In this document: positions 9,966-23,474 of the stretch, one piece after another
How positions within the stretch are numbered: position 1 is the stretch's first letter
Layout of the letters: every line of letters begins with the position of its first letter
From: Eledone cirrhosa
Lineage: Eukaryota
Reading direction: 5' to 3'
Length of the DNA: 64,000 nucleotides
NCBI GenBank assembly: GCA_964016885.1
Contig: OZ024744.1
Coordinates: forward strand, 54,064,001 to 54,128,000
Program-made: the position numbers and the translations under genes
Notes under the pieces: model-generated
The model's database searches: none
What the model was told of the DNA's origin: nothing
Seen by the model: the letters and a program-made list of their open reading frames with translations, nothing else

Positions 9966-12900
9966 CTATAGTCTGATGTAGAGTGAAGGCCCATTCACAC
10001 GGGCCATTCTCGCCACTTTCACCCATCTTTCATAGAAACGGCTGGGGTGCAGCACCTCTCTCTCCATCCTGATCCTTCTTCCGAAATGATATCGGAAGAA
10101 ACGGACCAGTTGTTGGCAGGGAGAAAGGTGTCTGACCTCAGTCCTTTCAGACGCGTCCACCATACAACCTCTTTCGCCATGGCTATTACGCACAGAAACA
10201 CCGCCTCTCCTTCGTTTTTGAAGAGGGGAGGCGGCTTGATCGTTACAATAGACTCGGTGGTCAACCGGATCGGTCCCACCCTTGACAGCAGTTGTTCGAC
10301 ATAGCCCCACTGATCGGCAATGCCAGAGCAGTGTACCAATGCGTGTGCAACGGTTTCCTCGTCGCACACGCATCTGGGACAGACCTTTTTCGATGGGTCC
10401 CTACCCGGGCGCCCGTGTCTGTAGAGCCTTTCTCGAACGGGCAGAGCCCTTCTGTAGCATTGCCAGGCCAGGGACCTCTGGAAGTTATCCATGGGTCCCG
10501 GCCTGAATATCCTACCGAACAGGTTGGCCAGTTCGTCTTCCTCCATGCCTAGGGCTTCTCCGAGGGCGTCGTCGCACCTGCTAACCACCAGCCCTCTATA
10601 GAATGACGAGGTGGATTCTCCACTGAGAGCCGGGTCCGCCTGCCAGAGAGTCGTGAGCGCTTGGGCACACTCGGTGTGCCAGGCGCCCAGTTTTCTCGGT
10701 CTTTGCTTGACCCAGGGTTGCAGCTCGGTGAGTGAGACGAGTCTGGGAAAGGCTCGCCTCACAAACGGGGCCCACACCGGTTGACCGGAGAGGAATACCT
10801 GAAGATGCCGTAGCCTTAATGCGTGTTTACGTATCATCAGCCACGGCATCCCCAGCCCTCCTTTCGAAGGGTGTTGACAGCAGATGGATCTCCTCACCAT
10901 AGGAGCCCGCTTCTTCCAAAGGAATTGGAAGAGTGCGCGCTCCATTTTAGCGAGCGTTTCCCTTGGGCAAGGCACCACGGTCAGGCGGTAGTAGATGACG
11001 GACGCTATATAAGTGTTCACCACCTCCGCCCGACCTTTCAGGGACAGTTTGCACTCGGCCCACTTCTGGGTCAGTGCAAACACCCTGCTCGTCACCTCAC
11101 CCCAGTTCTTCTCCACCTGGAGGTCTGGTCCGAACCAGACCCCGAGCAATTTCACCGGGCCCTCCGTCCAGCGCCCGACGACGCCATCGGAGGGCATCGA
11201 TCTGCCCCTCCACGTGCCGAGTTGCAGACCGATCGACTTGTCCCGGTTCAGCTTAGCCCCTGTAAACCTTTTGTACTCCTCCAGTAAGGTGCCGATCGCC
11301 CCGATTTCCGAGGCCGTCGACACCATTACTGTTACGTCATCGGCGTAGGCTGACACCGCTTTCCGCAATCCCGGTTCCAACGGGATGCCCTGCAACAACT
11401 CCAACTTCCTGCAGCAGTGGCTCTAGAGTCATTACATACAGAAGGGAGGAGAGAGAGCACCCTTGTCGGATCGTCCGCGCAATTTCGAACGGCTCCGAGA
11501 GGTAGCCGTTCACCTTGACCCTAGAGCAGATGCGGCTGCTGTGCATGGCATTGATCCAGCCCCTGAAAACGGGTCCGAAGCCTGCCGCCGCTAGCACCGC
11601 ATCCAGGTAACCATGGTCGACCCTATCGAATGCCTTAGATTGATCCAAGTTGATCAGGGCCCCACCAAAGCCGGCTTCGTTCCCAACCCTCTCTATGATG
11701 TATCGCATGAGGTGGAGGTTATCGTGGATGGACTTGGACGGGATAGCACATGTCTGCGCATCTCCCACCAGGTTGCCCACGACAAGCGCCAACCTCTTTG
11801 CTAGCACCTTGGCCAAAATCTGTAACTCTGTATTTAGCAGAGTTTTGGGCCTGAAATTATTTATATCGTCCCCCTTGTTCTCGTCCTTCCTCACTAGCGT
11901 GACTACGCCCTTGGTCACAGCACAGGGAATTCTCCCGTTCTGTTGCCAGTTGCAGTAGACCGCCTCGAGGAGATCGGGGAACAAGTCCGGCATAGCTAGA
12001 TATAGTTCGTATGGAAGACCATCGAGACCCGGGGATTTGCGTTTGCCGCATTGGCTCAGCACGTCCTCTATCTCAGCGGCTGGAATCGGCTCCTCGCAGG
12101 ACTTCGCCTCCCTGTCCGAGAGACGCGGCAGGCCGTCGAGGTATGGACCGAAGTCCACGTCCCCAACCGGCCCCCCGCCCCTTCCGAACAATCCGGCAAA
12201 GTGCTTTTGAAAAGCCTCGCACATCTGCTTAGGTTCAAGGATCACCCGTCCATCCTGGTCTCGCAAAGACCGGATAGTGGATCTGCTCCCTCTTTTGGCT
12301 TCTGTCACGCGGGCCCAGCTAACAGCTTTGGTCCCCTCGTTTCCCAGAGCACGTATTTTGCTTCGGACGATGCAGCCTTCGTGTTTCGCATCGAAGAACT
12401 GGCCCAGGGCCGTTCTCGACGCTAGCACTCTGGCCACGTCGCCGCTTCTAATTGCCTCTTCTACACTATCTACCAACTCCCTTTCCTTCCTATTTCTATT
12501 TGAGGCTAACTCCTTACTAAATTCTATAGAGACTACTCTAATCTCTCTTTTGAGAGATCCCCACCACCTGCTGTTGACGATGGCGCCCGTCAACCGCTCC
12601 TTAACTAAAGTGCTAATCCGGTCCCTGTAAGCCTTACTTGCCGGTAAGGACAAGTTGAGCTTCCAGTAACCGGGTCCCTGTCTATGAGTTCTGTCAAGGT
12701 TGATCATGCAGGTCACTAACTTGCGGTCTGAATAGCCAACCATGCGCATTTTTGGACAACTTAAAAAGTCCTTATCCTTAATTCTAACTAAGAACCTATC
12801 TAGGTACGACCTAGATGATCCGCTATGATTTGCCCAAGTCCAGGTTGGCGCAGTCGGAAAATCTAGTCGATATCTATCGGCCTGGTCAAATCGACCAATT

Positions 12901-13403
12901 AACCCTTTGAGGCTATTACACCCCTCTCTATCGGGACAGGCCCCTACGTAGTCCCAGCGTGCATCTAGGATACCATTCCAGTCCCCCACTAATAGCAAGG
13001 AGCGGGACGTCCCTAGAAAAGTCTCCAGACGATGGAAGAAGACCGGCCGCATTGACCCGAAATGGCCGTAGGCGGCTACCAACCTAAACGCTCCGCCTTT
13101 ACCACTGCCAAGGTCCAGAACCACTAGTCGACCCTCCGGGTCCAAATGTACCATCTGTGTTGCGAGACCCAGATGTTTTTGCAGCAGAACAACAACTCCA
13201 CCCCCACCTCCGGGCTGACAGAGAGATGCGTGCATTTCAAAGTCATCAAAGGTGGGGGCCAGCTGTCGCACGTTGCTGATCCGGGCCTCGCAAATAACCA
13301 TCACATCTATACGTTGTGACCTGAGGTCATTTAGAAGCATTGCTTGCTTCCAAGTTGAGCCCAGGCCACGCGCATTTAAACAGCCTACTCTTAGCATAGC
13401 CAT
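9966..13403 (-). pseudogene. Tx1 ORF2 (APE endonuclease, RT, zinc finger) with two frameshifts
   Basis: ORF-track pieces 11337-13427, 10019-11404 and the 9966 frame join into one ORF2. The ATG is at 13403. Confidence 0.88.
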
Positions 13404-13427
13404 GTTGGTGGTGAAGAGAAAAGGCAC

Positions 13428-14290
13428 TTACCTCTCTGCGTCCCGGGTATCGGGCTGCACAATTTCCATTAGGGTGGGGGATGGGTTGTTGGGTGGGGTG
13501 GTGGTTTGTGGAAGTGTAGGGGCATCAGTGTGTTGTGTGGTTGGGGAGCTTGGAGTTGTGTGGGTGTTTGGGGAGGGGGTGGGGTAGTTTTTTTAGGAGG
13601 ACGCGGTTAATGGGCCCGACGCAGGGGGGACCCACGTCCTCTTTAAAATTGTTTTTTAAAGTTTTATAGGTGTCCTGTGGGGCCTTAATCATTTTGAGGT
13701 GGGGGAAATCCCCTGCCTTTGTGTTTTTATTAGATTGTAGGCCCTTGTGTTTTTATTAAATTGTTGTTGTACACAATGTTTAACAGTTTTTTGTTTCTTG
13801 TGTTTATGTATGTGTATGCATGTTTTTGTTTTTGTGTGGTGTTTTTTGTTTGCTGTTGTTGTGAGCTCTTTTGTGTTGGTGTCAGTGTTATGTTTTGGGG
13901 AGGGGTTTTTTTCATTTGTGTGTCTGAGGTGTGTTTTCTTTTTTTTCTTTTGATTGTGTGGAAGTGCTCCTCCTCGTCTGACGACGAACTAGGGTCATCT
14001 TCCGCGTTGGAGGGGAGGGGTATATTTTCGGGTTGTGTTTGCGGTACGGGTGTTTGGGAAATTGTTTTTGTTTTTTGAGTGGAGGGGATGGGTTGGACAT
14101 TGTTTTGTTTTGGTTTGAGCTGTGGTGGTTGTTTTTGTAGTGGTAGTTGTGGTGATTGTGTTGGTTGTGCAGTTGTTGGTGGTGTAGGCAGGATTGGGGT
14201 TTTCTTATTAAGTTGGGGACAGACAGCCCTCAGGTGACCTCTGGTTCCGCAGAGGTAACACGAGGGCCGTCTACCCTCAACGGTAATGAT
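13428..14290 (-). pseudogene. Tx1 ORF1 C-terminal half (gag-like CCHC, Pro/Thr-rich)
   Basis: ITVEGRRPSCYLCGTRGHLRAVCP, homologous to ORF1 at 59817-61826. Confidence 0.8.
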
Positions 14291-14556
14291 AGATAGATAG
14301 ATATTTATATACATACATATATATATATATTCCTGATTTAATTTGTTTGGTTGAGTTTCTTACATTGGTGTGTGAGCTATCTCAGCATTCCGCCAAACCC
14401 GCAGCTATCCATCAACTGCTACAATGTTGTGGCAGCCACTAAAATAACGTCTGTGGTGTACAATTCTGACTTTGACTTCTCTGTGGATAGTTATTAACTT
14501 GACCTTCTAATGAGGTACTCCGTCCTAACTTTGCTAATTATCATTTATATAAATGA

Positions 14557-15473
14557 CTAGCAGTGGTACCCGGCGTTGCACGGGATAAGGTATTTTGGAA
14601 CGCGGGTCGTCAGCAGACCTAATCGTGGAAAAAGTGCATGCCTGGACAATATGTAAAGAAAATAAACCGAATACTCTGATGGCTGGATAATCTTTAAGAT
14701 TTTCCTCGATGAAGCAGGAAAAATGCAGGTTTTCACCTAATGCGGCCCTAGTGGATCAAGAAAATAATTTTTTTTATGTGCATAATATGCCTTGAAATTT
14801 CGGGAAAAGCCGCTAGACGTAACGCCTCAAAAAAGCCCTAAAAAGCTGAAAAAATGAAGTTCTTCGCCTTATTGCGGGCCCTAGGCCATAACAAAGTAGG
14901 ATTTTCTTTGTCCACGGTATGAAAAAGAGACTGACTAATACCTAGTTACAATTTCAAGGAAATAGGTCTGACATAACGCCTCAAATAATCCCTAAAAGCC
15001 TGAACAAAACCCAGTTTTTCACCTAGTGCGGGCCCTAGATGATCACAAATTTGAATTTTTTATGTGCATAACACTCCCTGAAACAAGTAATACACATGTA
15101 AAGTTTGAAAAGAATCGGTTGGGTACTTCTGGAGTTTTAGGGATTCAAACTCACACACACAGACATACTCAGGGAAGTGACGTAATGCCGACAGCCAGAT
15201 ATACAGACAGATATTATAAGGGCGCGACGTTATATGTATGTATCTATCTAAAATGAGAAAGACTAAGAATTATAGTGAGAGATCGCTAAATCGCCTAATG
15301 CATTGAAACTTTGCCTGAGGGCATTGAAACTTTGAAATTGTTTTTGCTCAGAACACTCCCTGAAACATAAGTATGACATGTGTAAAGTTTGAAAACAGTC
15401 GGTTGGGTGGTTCTCGGGTTTTAGGGATTCAAACTCACACACACAGACAGACATCCTCAGTTTTATATATAGA
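14557..15473 (-). mobile_element. Non-autonomous Helitron
   Basis: Minus strand 5' TCTATATATAAAA and 3' CCCGTGCAACGCCGGG hairpin then CTAG|T. Contains internal duplicated segments. Confidence 0.75.
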
Positions 15474-15999
15474 CTAGCAGAAAACCACCCGGTGGGCGGT
15501 TTTCTGCTAGCAAATCTAGTGTATATACTGATATTGTTGAGATTTGGATGAGAAATGTTTTCGGCACCACATGTTCACCGTCTCTCGGTGTGTCTTTTAT
15601 GCATGTATAAATATATATGTTATCTATACGGTGAAATCTTTGAAATAAATATATGTTAAAACGAAAAAGGAGAAAAAGAGATTAGTGACGGAAATATAAA
15701 CGTTATGATACATAAACGTTATGATATAACGATGGAAATATATCTTCAAATGGTCCTTGGCATGGTGTCAAGTCAGAACCGCCTCGAGATGGTTACTTCT
15801 GGCTTGTGCAAGGTGTCTCTACAGCAACCAGCGATTCCCTCGGCCTCAGTGACCAAAGTCAGTGGAGAGGGGAAGGTAATGTTTCTATAGCGACAGTGTT
15901 TCTCTTGGTAGTACCAAAGTGGAGAAAGGAAGGGGAAGGTAATATTGCTGTAGCACTTACATTTGAGTTTTAGGGAAGGACAGACAGACAGACAGACAA

Positions 16000-16020
16000 A
16001 CAGAGAAATGCCCATATATT

Positions 16021-16077
<57 letters not shown>

Positions 16078-16103
16078 CACACACAGAAATGTATATATAT
16101 TTC

Positions 16104-16134
<31 letters not shown>

Positions 16135-16281
16135 TACACACACAGAAATGTATATATATTTCTGTGTATATATATATATATATTACACACTCAGAAATGT
16201 ATATATATTTCTGTGTGTATATATATTTCTGTGTGTGTATATATATATATATTACACACACAGAAATGTATATATATTTCT
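16000..16281. repeat. Palindromic minisatellite ACACACAGAAAT-GTATATAT-ATTTCTGTGTGT with (TA)n spacers
   Basis: About 4 copies here and a second array at about 16828-17110. Confidence 0.85.
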
Positions 16282-16397
16282 TAGCACAAAATTATTATTA
16301 ATGTTTTGCTGTTCATAACAAATGGAATTGAAAAATTACTTTTGAAATTATAAGTTATTTTACTAATGCTTAGATATGTAAAATGAAGCAATGTTTC

Positions 16398-16577
16398 TAA
16401 TAATTGTTTCTACTTTTGGCACATGGCCAGCAATTACTCAGTACATTACTGGTACTTTATTTTATCGACCCCGTGAGGATGAAAGGCAAAGTTAACCTCG
16501 GCGGTATTTGAACTCAGACCGTAAAGGGACGTAACTCCATGCTATGAAGCATGGTGTCCGACTCTATAGATTCTGCC
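16398..16577 (-). mobile_element. tRNA-derived SINE (same family as 6655)
   Basis: Reverse complement of the core and B-box (GAGTTCAAATACC). Confidence 0.8.
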
Positions 16578-16873
16578 AATTCACCGCCCTAATGTCTGTA
16601 CGTAATGAGGGAGTGAGAGGGGAGAGAAAGAAAGGCAGAGGTGAAGTGACGAAGTGACTCTCTCCTCCTCCCCCTCCTCCATCTCCCCATTCGTCACAGC
16701 GATAGAGGGGAGGAATGTTAGTGTGTTACAAAGAGAAAGAGTGAGAGTGAGAGAAACAGACAGACTAAAAGAGAGGGATAGCTGGAGAGAGAGAGATAGC
16801 AACAGATACAGTACAGTAGCTAAAGGATGTATATATATTTCTGTGTGTATATATATATACATTTCTGTGTGTG

Positions 16874-16907
<34 letters not shown>

Positions 16908-17569
16908 CAGACACATAAATGTATATATATTTCTGTGTGTGTATATATATATATTACACACACAGAAATGTATATATATTTCTGTGTGTGTATATATATA
17001 TATATATATTACACACACAGAAATGTATATATATTTCTGTGTGTATATATATATATTTCTGTGTGTTTATATATATATTACACACACACAGCAATGTATA
17101 TATGTTTCTGTAGCACTCCTCAATTCCCTCCTCTCTCCCTCCCGATATCCCCCTCTTGTAGTCTGTCTCTTTCTTTCACTCTCACTCTCTCTACGCGTCG
17201 CATGCGCAAAAAACATTCGCACGCGCGCACGTGTTTCCACTGTCGGACAGACAGACAGAGAAATTGCTGGTTATATATTATAAGGAGATAATTTGTAAGT
17301 ATTTTTCGAGACTTGAAACCGCGCAGTATAGGCATGAAAATTAATGATATACTGACGTAATATAACTATATAGGTAATATACTGTTTACCTAGTAAACTG
17401 TATAAAAGCCTGCTGCCTCTATTGTTTCGCCTGTTTTATGTTACATGCTGCATGATAAGTATTGTCTCCATAATATTATCGTTTAAGAGCAAGCTCCAAT
17501 TAAGGTATTTTTGCACCTGATTTAATTTAGTGGTTTGGTGCAACTATGTCAGAATTATCATACGATTGT

Positions 17570-17805
17570 CAGTTAAAAAGTTCATTGACTGATGTAGATA
17601 CTCTCATGGAATGGGACTGAACGAGGTTTATTTTTCAACATTGTTTCCCCTTCCGGCCCATGCACTCCTTCCATTGGTCCTAGAGTGCTTGAATCCCATT
17701 GTTGAAAAAGCTTTCATAGCAGATATGACGCCATCATCATTGCGACGCTTGGTTCCCTGTTAGGGACCAGATGATAGTCAGATAGGGCAAAATCGAAAGA
17801 ATATT
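17570..17805 (-). mobile_element. Mariner-like transposon fossil (transposase 3' end)
   Basis: Minus strand reads approximately WKECMGRKG..VEK*, the mariner C-terminal pattern WxKCxxxxGxYVEK. Confidence 0.45.
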
Positions 17806-18871
17806 TATGTTATTTAAGTCAATTAATAGATTCTGAAGAGATCAATACAGCAGAAATGAATATTCCTGTTGTATTTAAACATTTGTAAATCAATTTTATA
17901 TTTTAAATTTGCGCCCCACTCCACTGGAGTGGTGATGTGTTAGTGTGGTATTAGTGGTATTGTGGTGTTGTGGTAATGTAGTGGTGTGGTGAGGTGGTAG
18001 TGCTGTGGTGTTGTGGACTGGTTGTATTGTGACATGGTAGAGTGGTAGAGTAGTGGAGCGATGGTGTGGTGCGGTTATTGCGAAGTGATAGAATGATGGT
18101 ATAGTGGTGTAGTCGTGTACTGGTGTGGTAGTGTAGTAGTGTGGTGAAGTGGTAGTGGTGTGGTTTTGTAGACTAGTGGTGTGGGGGTATTGTAACGTGG
18201 TACAGTGGTGGAATGGTGGAATGGTGGAGTGGTATAGTGGTGGAGTGGTGTTGCGTTATGGTGTTGTGGTGTAAGGCTTTGACTGTGACACACTCACAGA
18301 GTTATGTTCAACGAAAATTTAAGCTCATAGGTTAACACCTTACTTTAAGGGATTTTAGGTAGTTCAAATATTGAAAGTACTTGGAAGTGAGTGACAGAGA
18401 GAGGGAGAGAGAACTAGAGAGAGGGGGAAGAGGGGGAAGGGGAGAGATAGAGAGAGAGAATGAGAGGGAAGAATGAGATGAGGAAAGTGAGAGGCAGGAG
18501 AAGAGGATCAGAATGAGAGAGAGATGTGGAGAGAGAGGAAGAGATTATGAGAGAGAAAGAGTGAGTAAGAGTGAGAGTGAGAATATATGAAAGAGAGAAA
18601 TAGAAATAACAAGTTTAGGGGTGGGGTGATAATCTTGGAGTTCTATTGGATTTCACAGTTTTACCTGAAACATACATTTCTTTATTCTTTTCTTTCTATT
18701 TCTATTTTTTTTTTAGAAAGGATTAAAATATTTTATACCTAAATATATAAGTGTACTCCTTTTCTTTCTTTCTTTCTTTCTTTCATTCATTCATCCTTTG
18801 TGTCTTTCTTTGTTTCTTTCTTTCCTCCTTTTTTTCTTTCAGTTTATCTTATTTTCTTTCTTTCTTTCCTT

Positions 18872-19050
18872 TGGCAGTATCGGTAGAGGGTCGGACGCCT
18901 TGCTTTGATGCATAAAGTTACGGCCCTTGCTATTCTGAGTTCAAATCCCACCGAGGTTAGCTTTGCCTTTCATCCTTATGGGGTCGATAAAATAAAGTAC
19001 CAGTAATACACTGAGTAATTGCTGGCCTTGTGCCAAAAGTAGAATCAATT
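18872..19050 (+). mobile_element. tRNA-derived SINE
   Basis: GGCAGTATCGGTAGAG start, B-box GAGTTCAAATCCC, and the shared core. Confidence 0.8.
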
Positions 19051-19173
19051 ATTTATTTATTTATTTATCTAAACCTAAACCTCAATTGCAAAAAGAAATG
19101 AAATGGAAAATAAAGCGATTAAAATACAAAAAAGAAAACAAAACAAAACAAAACCCTCGATTATTATTATTAT

Positions 19174-19386
19174 TGGCAGTATCGATGGAGCGTCAGACGA
19201 TAAGCTTTCAGCATAGAGTTGCTGCTCTTTACGTTCTTAGTTCAATCCCACCTAGGTTAACTTTGTATTTCATCCTTACGGAGTCAATAAAATAAAGTAC
19301 CAGTAATTCACTGGAGTTGATTTAATCAACGTTCCCCTCTCCTTTGCTGGCCTAGTGCCTAAAATAGAAACAATTATTATTATTAT
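19174..19386 (+). mobile_element. tRNA-derived SINE, between (ATT)n tracts
   Basis: Same start and core as 18872. Confidence 0.75.
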
Positions 19387-19389
19387 CAT

Positions 19390-19745
19390 GCCCTCCCTCA
19401 GGATTGATCTTAATTCCTAGTTTAGTCAAGATAGTAGACCACATCAAGTGGTCTTAGCTATCATCACGCTGTGTCTTTCTTTACAGTTTATATTTAATAC
19501 CTTTCGTATTTTCCCAGTCGTTCTAAGAAAACAAGGTTTCTGTAACATTTCCACTGTAAGATTCAATTCTAGTATTTTTATATCAATTTATGAAAATTCT
19601 TTGTGATCGACCCTAAGGTTCCAACGATTTCTGGTATCACTTCTGCCTTTTTCATATTCCATTAGTTAGAAATGTTATACTTCAGGAGCCCGTAATTCGT
19701 GCACCTTTCTTCTTCTTTTCCATCTATGGACAAGGTGGGTCTATC
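19390..19745 (-). pseudogene. R4/Dong-like REL 3' fragment
   Basis: Decayed REL C-terminus on the minus strand, approximately VIPEIVGTLG and LQKPCFL. Confidence 0.5.
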
Positions 19746-19754
19746 AACTGACAT

Positions 19755-20160
19755 TATTGTTATCATTATGAATTTGATATCTCAGTCATTGATGTTATTT
19801 AACCGAAAATTTTACCCTAACGAACATTAAACCGCAACCTGCAGCCTCAGAGTTTCAAAACGCATCGGAGTGTCCTTGTTGTTCCCAGTAGGCATGGCTT
19901 TTGAATTATTCCAAAAAGCGGGGCTGTGCTGGTTCTTTAACCAGCCTTGGTTGCTCTTCGCAATATTACAAAGTCTCAAATCCGTTTCAGTTCCTACTTT
20001 AGATCCTCGTACCAAGCAAGATCTTGTTTCCTAGTCGAAGACCACCAGATCAGGCCTATCGTGTTCTAATTCTTTATCTGTTTGTAACCTGAAAAACCAA
20101 GAAACCTTCACTCGATCGTTTTCTATCACCGATTCGGGCTTATGCTCCTACCATTCCTCA
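19755..20160 (-). pseudogene. R4/Dong-like REL 3' fragment, same family as 57455
   Basis: The 3' UTR ATCTCAGTCATTGATGTT...ACCTGCAGCCTCAGA matches 57464-57535, and TDKELEHDRPDLVV is present. Confidence 0.75.
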
Positions 20161-20499
20161 TGATATCTCCAAAGTCTCATGAAATCTCCAAAGTCTCATG
20201 AAACTGATTAAGCAGTTTCAACTGTCTGACAGGTGCCGACTAGATTTCCCGAATGCGCCAGTGCGGGCATGGACCTAACGCATTGGATCATCTAGATCGT
20301 ACGTATATATAGGTATTTCATTCGGGGAGCTGATGGGGATTAGATGGGGAATGGTCAACAATTCAGACCAAAATTCGTGATCTACATGGTCGACCTTTAT
20401 AAAACATGTAGACAGGGACCTAGTTACAGGAAGCTTAACGCCTCATTCCCAGCGCATAATGCTTATAGAGACCAGGTTGGACTTTAGTTGAGCTTAAGT

Positions 20500-21380
20500 T
20501 GACAGGGGTGTCGTCAACAACAGAGCCTCTACTTGACAAAAAAGAAACGTTGTGAGGCAGCCCACTCTAACTAGGGCATGAAAGATGTGTGTCAGCTTAT
20601 GTCGACGACATCACCGTTGTTGTGTCCAGAATCAAACATATTGATGTGATCTGCACTGATCTAAGAAAATACGAGCCAGCGGCTCGGCACATGGAGAGGC
20701 AGGTCCATACTGTCTAACGGCGTCGTCAGACGCTGGAAGGACGGACCTGTTAAATTGCTCGGGATCTGATTTGGTCCAGACCTCCAGACGGACGAAGACT
20801 TGGACGAGGTGACGAGTAGGGGGGTACTCTCACCTAGAAACGGTCTAAGAAGACGCTATCCCTGAAAGGTCGAGAGGGAGAGGTGAACGAGTACATCGTG
20901 TTCGTCATTTACTACCACCTGACCGTCGTGCCTTGTCCAAAGCCTCGTCTGACTGCACTGGAGCGTTTGCCCTTTCGCTTTTTGTGGAAGACACGCGCTC
21001 CGATGGCTAGGCTGTCTATCTGCTGTCAATACCGTCTACGTGTAGAACTGGGCATGTGTCTGATGATGCGTAGAAATGCGCTAATGCCACAACATCTTCA
21101 GCTTTTCTTGAACGGTGAACAAGTGTAGTCGGCATTCGCTTAGTACCTTTTTCCCCAGCTTGACTCTTTGACAAAGATGCAGTCCTGGATCAAGCGGAAA
21201 CCTAGGAGGAGCGTTTGGGAGCTAGAATGTCTTCAGACGCTCACAGTTCTCAGCCAATCAGGCACTACGATTGGTGGAAACTCCACCTTGACTTTATATA
21301 GAGGGTTATTGATGGGTAAAAGCCACGACGTCTGTGGAAAACTAACCATTCTCTTCCGCAGAATTTTCGGTCCAGGGCCT
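20500..21380 (+). pseudogene. Heavily decayed Tx1 ORF2 fragment
   Basis: AYVDDITVVV, DGPVKLLGI and YYHLTVVPCPKP, homologous to 44843-45427. Confidence 0.8.
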
Positions 21381-21419
21381 AACTTACAGAAATCGATAAC
21401 CACAGACGAGGTAACTGTA

Positions 21420-23040
21420 GACCCTGTTGGTAATCACTAATGTGAGGACTCTGTACATCATTGGAGGACATATAATTGGTCTGTAGATTTAGGAATATTC
21501 GGTGCATTCATTCTTCGGTAGAAGATACGTTATGCCAGTTGTCATCCACTTTGGGACCTCTCTTGGGTTTGCTACAATCCCGGAGAATTCAGCAGCTATG
21601 GCTTCATGAAGCACATCCATATGTTTCAGCCAGAAATTCTGCACGCCATCTCTGATTTTCAGTGTCCAACATTGCTGTCTGCTGTTCTTTTGTTTCTTGT
21701 GAGGTGATCTCATTCCATTCCTGGGTGCAAGCAGGGATTTCCAAGCCATGTGTTCCAGCCATGTGGCATTGGAGTTATGATCTTTAGCTTTTTCCCAGAT
21801 ATTTGCCCAAAAGTGTTAAACCTCATCAAGTTCAGGTGGTTGCCTTATTTCCATTTTTTCTTACCTAGCTCTCTGTAAAATCTTTTGGCATCTTCGGCAA
21901 AGATTTCGTTTTGTTTAAAGTCAGCTCTTTTTTTTTTTTGCATCTTTTGCATCTTTTGCATCTTTTGCATCTTTTGCATCTTTTTGCATCTTCTGCGCTT
22001 TTGTCTGTATCTTTTGTTTGATTGATTCAGCAATTTCTTTCCAGCCTGCTGTCCGGTTGGTCTTGTATTTCTTTCTCAGCCTAGAAAGCCTTTGGGGTTG
22101 ATATCAGTTCCCTTATCTATTTCAGATACGAGAGGGCGACATCTCTCCTCAAATCTGTAATTTTGTTCTCCAGCTGTGTCTGCCATTTCGGTATTCCCTT
22201 TGTGTTTATTTTCCCTGTTCGTATTTTGGGGTGCAGCTTGCCAACAATTACAGTTTCAGTGGCATATAGCAGCTGATTAATCTCATCAGGTGTCAGTTTA
22301 TTTCCGTGTTCACCTCTGGTTACTTCTAGTGCTTTGTTAGCTAGGTTCACATTCTTCCTTAGCTGATCCGTCACTTTGGGCATTTTCTCAAATTTTGTCC
22401 AGTCTATCAAATCCTGCATTTTCAGAATCTCACACTCACAAAGAATATCTTCCTTCATTGTCCAGACAACAGTATCAACCAGTGAACCCTCACCTACATG
22501 TTCAGGGAGGTTCTCATCTGTGGGAGTTTCAGTAATACTCTCACCATCTGCTGCTTCTGTTGTACGCAGGTCTCCTTCTTGACTCGGGTTATGTTGCTCA
22601 CTTATCTCTGTTTTGATGGTTTCCAGTTCTCATTCAGTAAACCTTTTGCATCTCATAATGTCTCTTCTCACATTAACTAACTTCGTCATGTCCATCTATT
22701 CTCTGGAGTTAGGGTTGGAATCCCTCCAGATACTATGTTTCCTGAGTTGACGAGTTCTCCATTGGAAACAGGATGACAGTATAGTACGTAGCCATCACTG
22801 CTTTGTATTCCTCTCTGATGCATGTTTGTCGTGGCCTTTTAGCATATACTTCGTTGTTGTTACTCTGTGGCTCATTGTGAGTTCTGTCCTCGGGATGAGG
22901 GTCACTAGGGAAGGGTTGTTCCATTTGCTGATTTTTCGACATTGATGTGGTTCACGCCGAGGGACGCGATCCTTGGTACTCCGCGTGACGACCGATGCGG
23001 TATGATTTACTTTTTGTTTGTACCATCATGTTGTTAAGGG
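21420..23040 (-). pseudogene. R4/Dong-like element, decayed 5' half
   Basis: REEYKAVMATYY (Myb-like), PKWQTQLENKITDLRRD, FYRELGKK and PKWMTTGITYLLPK, collinear with 52373-56023. Confidence 0.8.
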
Positions 23041-23439
23041 GTTAGTTATTTTTACACCGAAATTTGAGAAGTAGGCTAGAACCAGCCATGCAATCATTTA
23101 GGAAAAAATGAAAATGTGTTTCAACACGGAGAAATGAAGGAGAGTGTTAAAAGATATGTACCACAAAAGAGTGAGACTAATATTCAAACTGAACTTAACA
23201 AGAAGAAATAAAATAATAGAAATAAATGTATAGCTTGAAAGTAATAGACTCGATGTTGATAGAAAAATGCAGGAAACTACTAAGAGCGTTCAAAAACCGA
23301 TGTAAATCGAATATAGGTTTTGGGCAGGGAGGGAGGATGGAGCCTGATACATACAGAAATCTTACTACAGAATAAAAACAATGACACGAAAGAAAACTGA
23401 TGATGGCAGTGGCGGCTACTCCCTTGTTTTTGTTGTTGG

Positions 23440-23474
<35 letters not shown>

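Larger units (their letters stand above)
9703..14290 (-). mobile_element. Tx1-type (L1 clade) non-LTR retrotransposon, 5'-truncated in ORF1, flanked by (GATA)n on both sides
   Basis: ORF1 zinc knuckle CYLCGTRGHLRAVC. ORF2 has APE (NARGL, GDWN, SYLDRF), RT (DQSKAFDRVDH, RQGC, YADD) and a C-terminal CPRC...H...C. The 3' end is AATAAAAGAAAC then (TATC)n. Confidence 0.92.

Noticed and set aside
16000-17110. CRISPR-like array of palindromic repeats
   Set aside because: Spacers are simple (TA)n, there are no cas genes, and the context is eukaryotic.
21935-21992. 9-bp tandem repeat encoding KMQ inside the Dong fossil
   Set aside because: Local slippage in a dead copy, with no sign of function.
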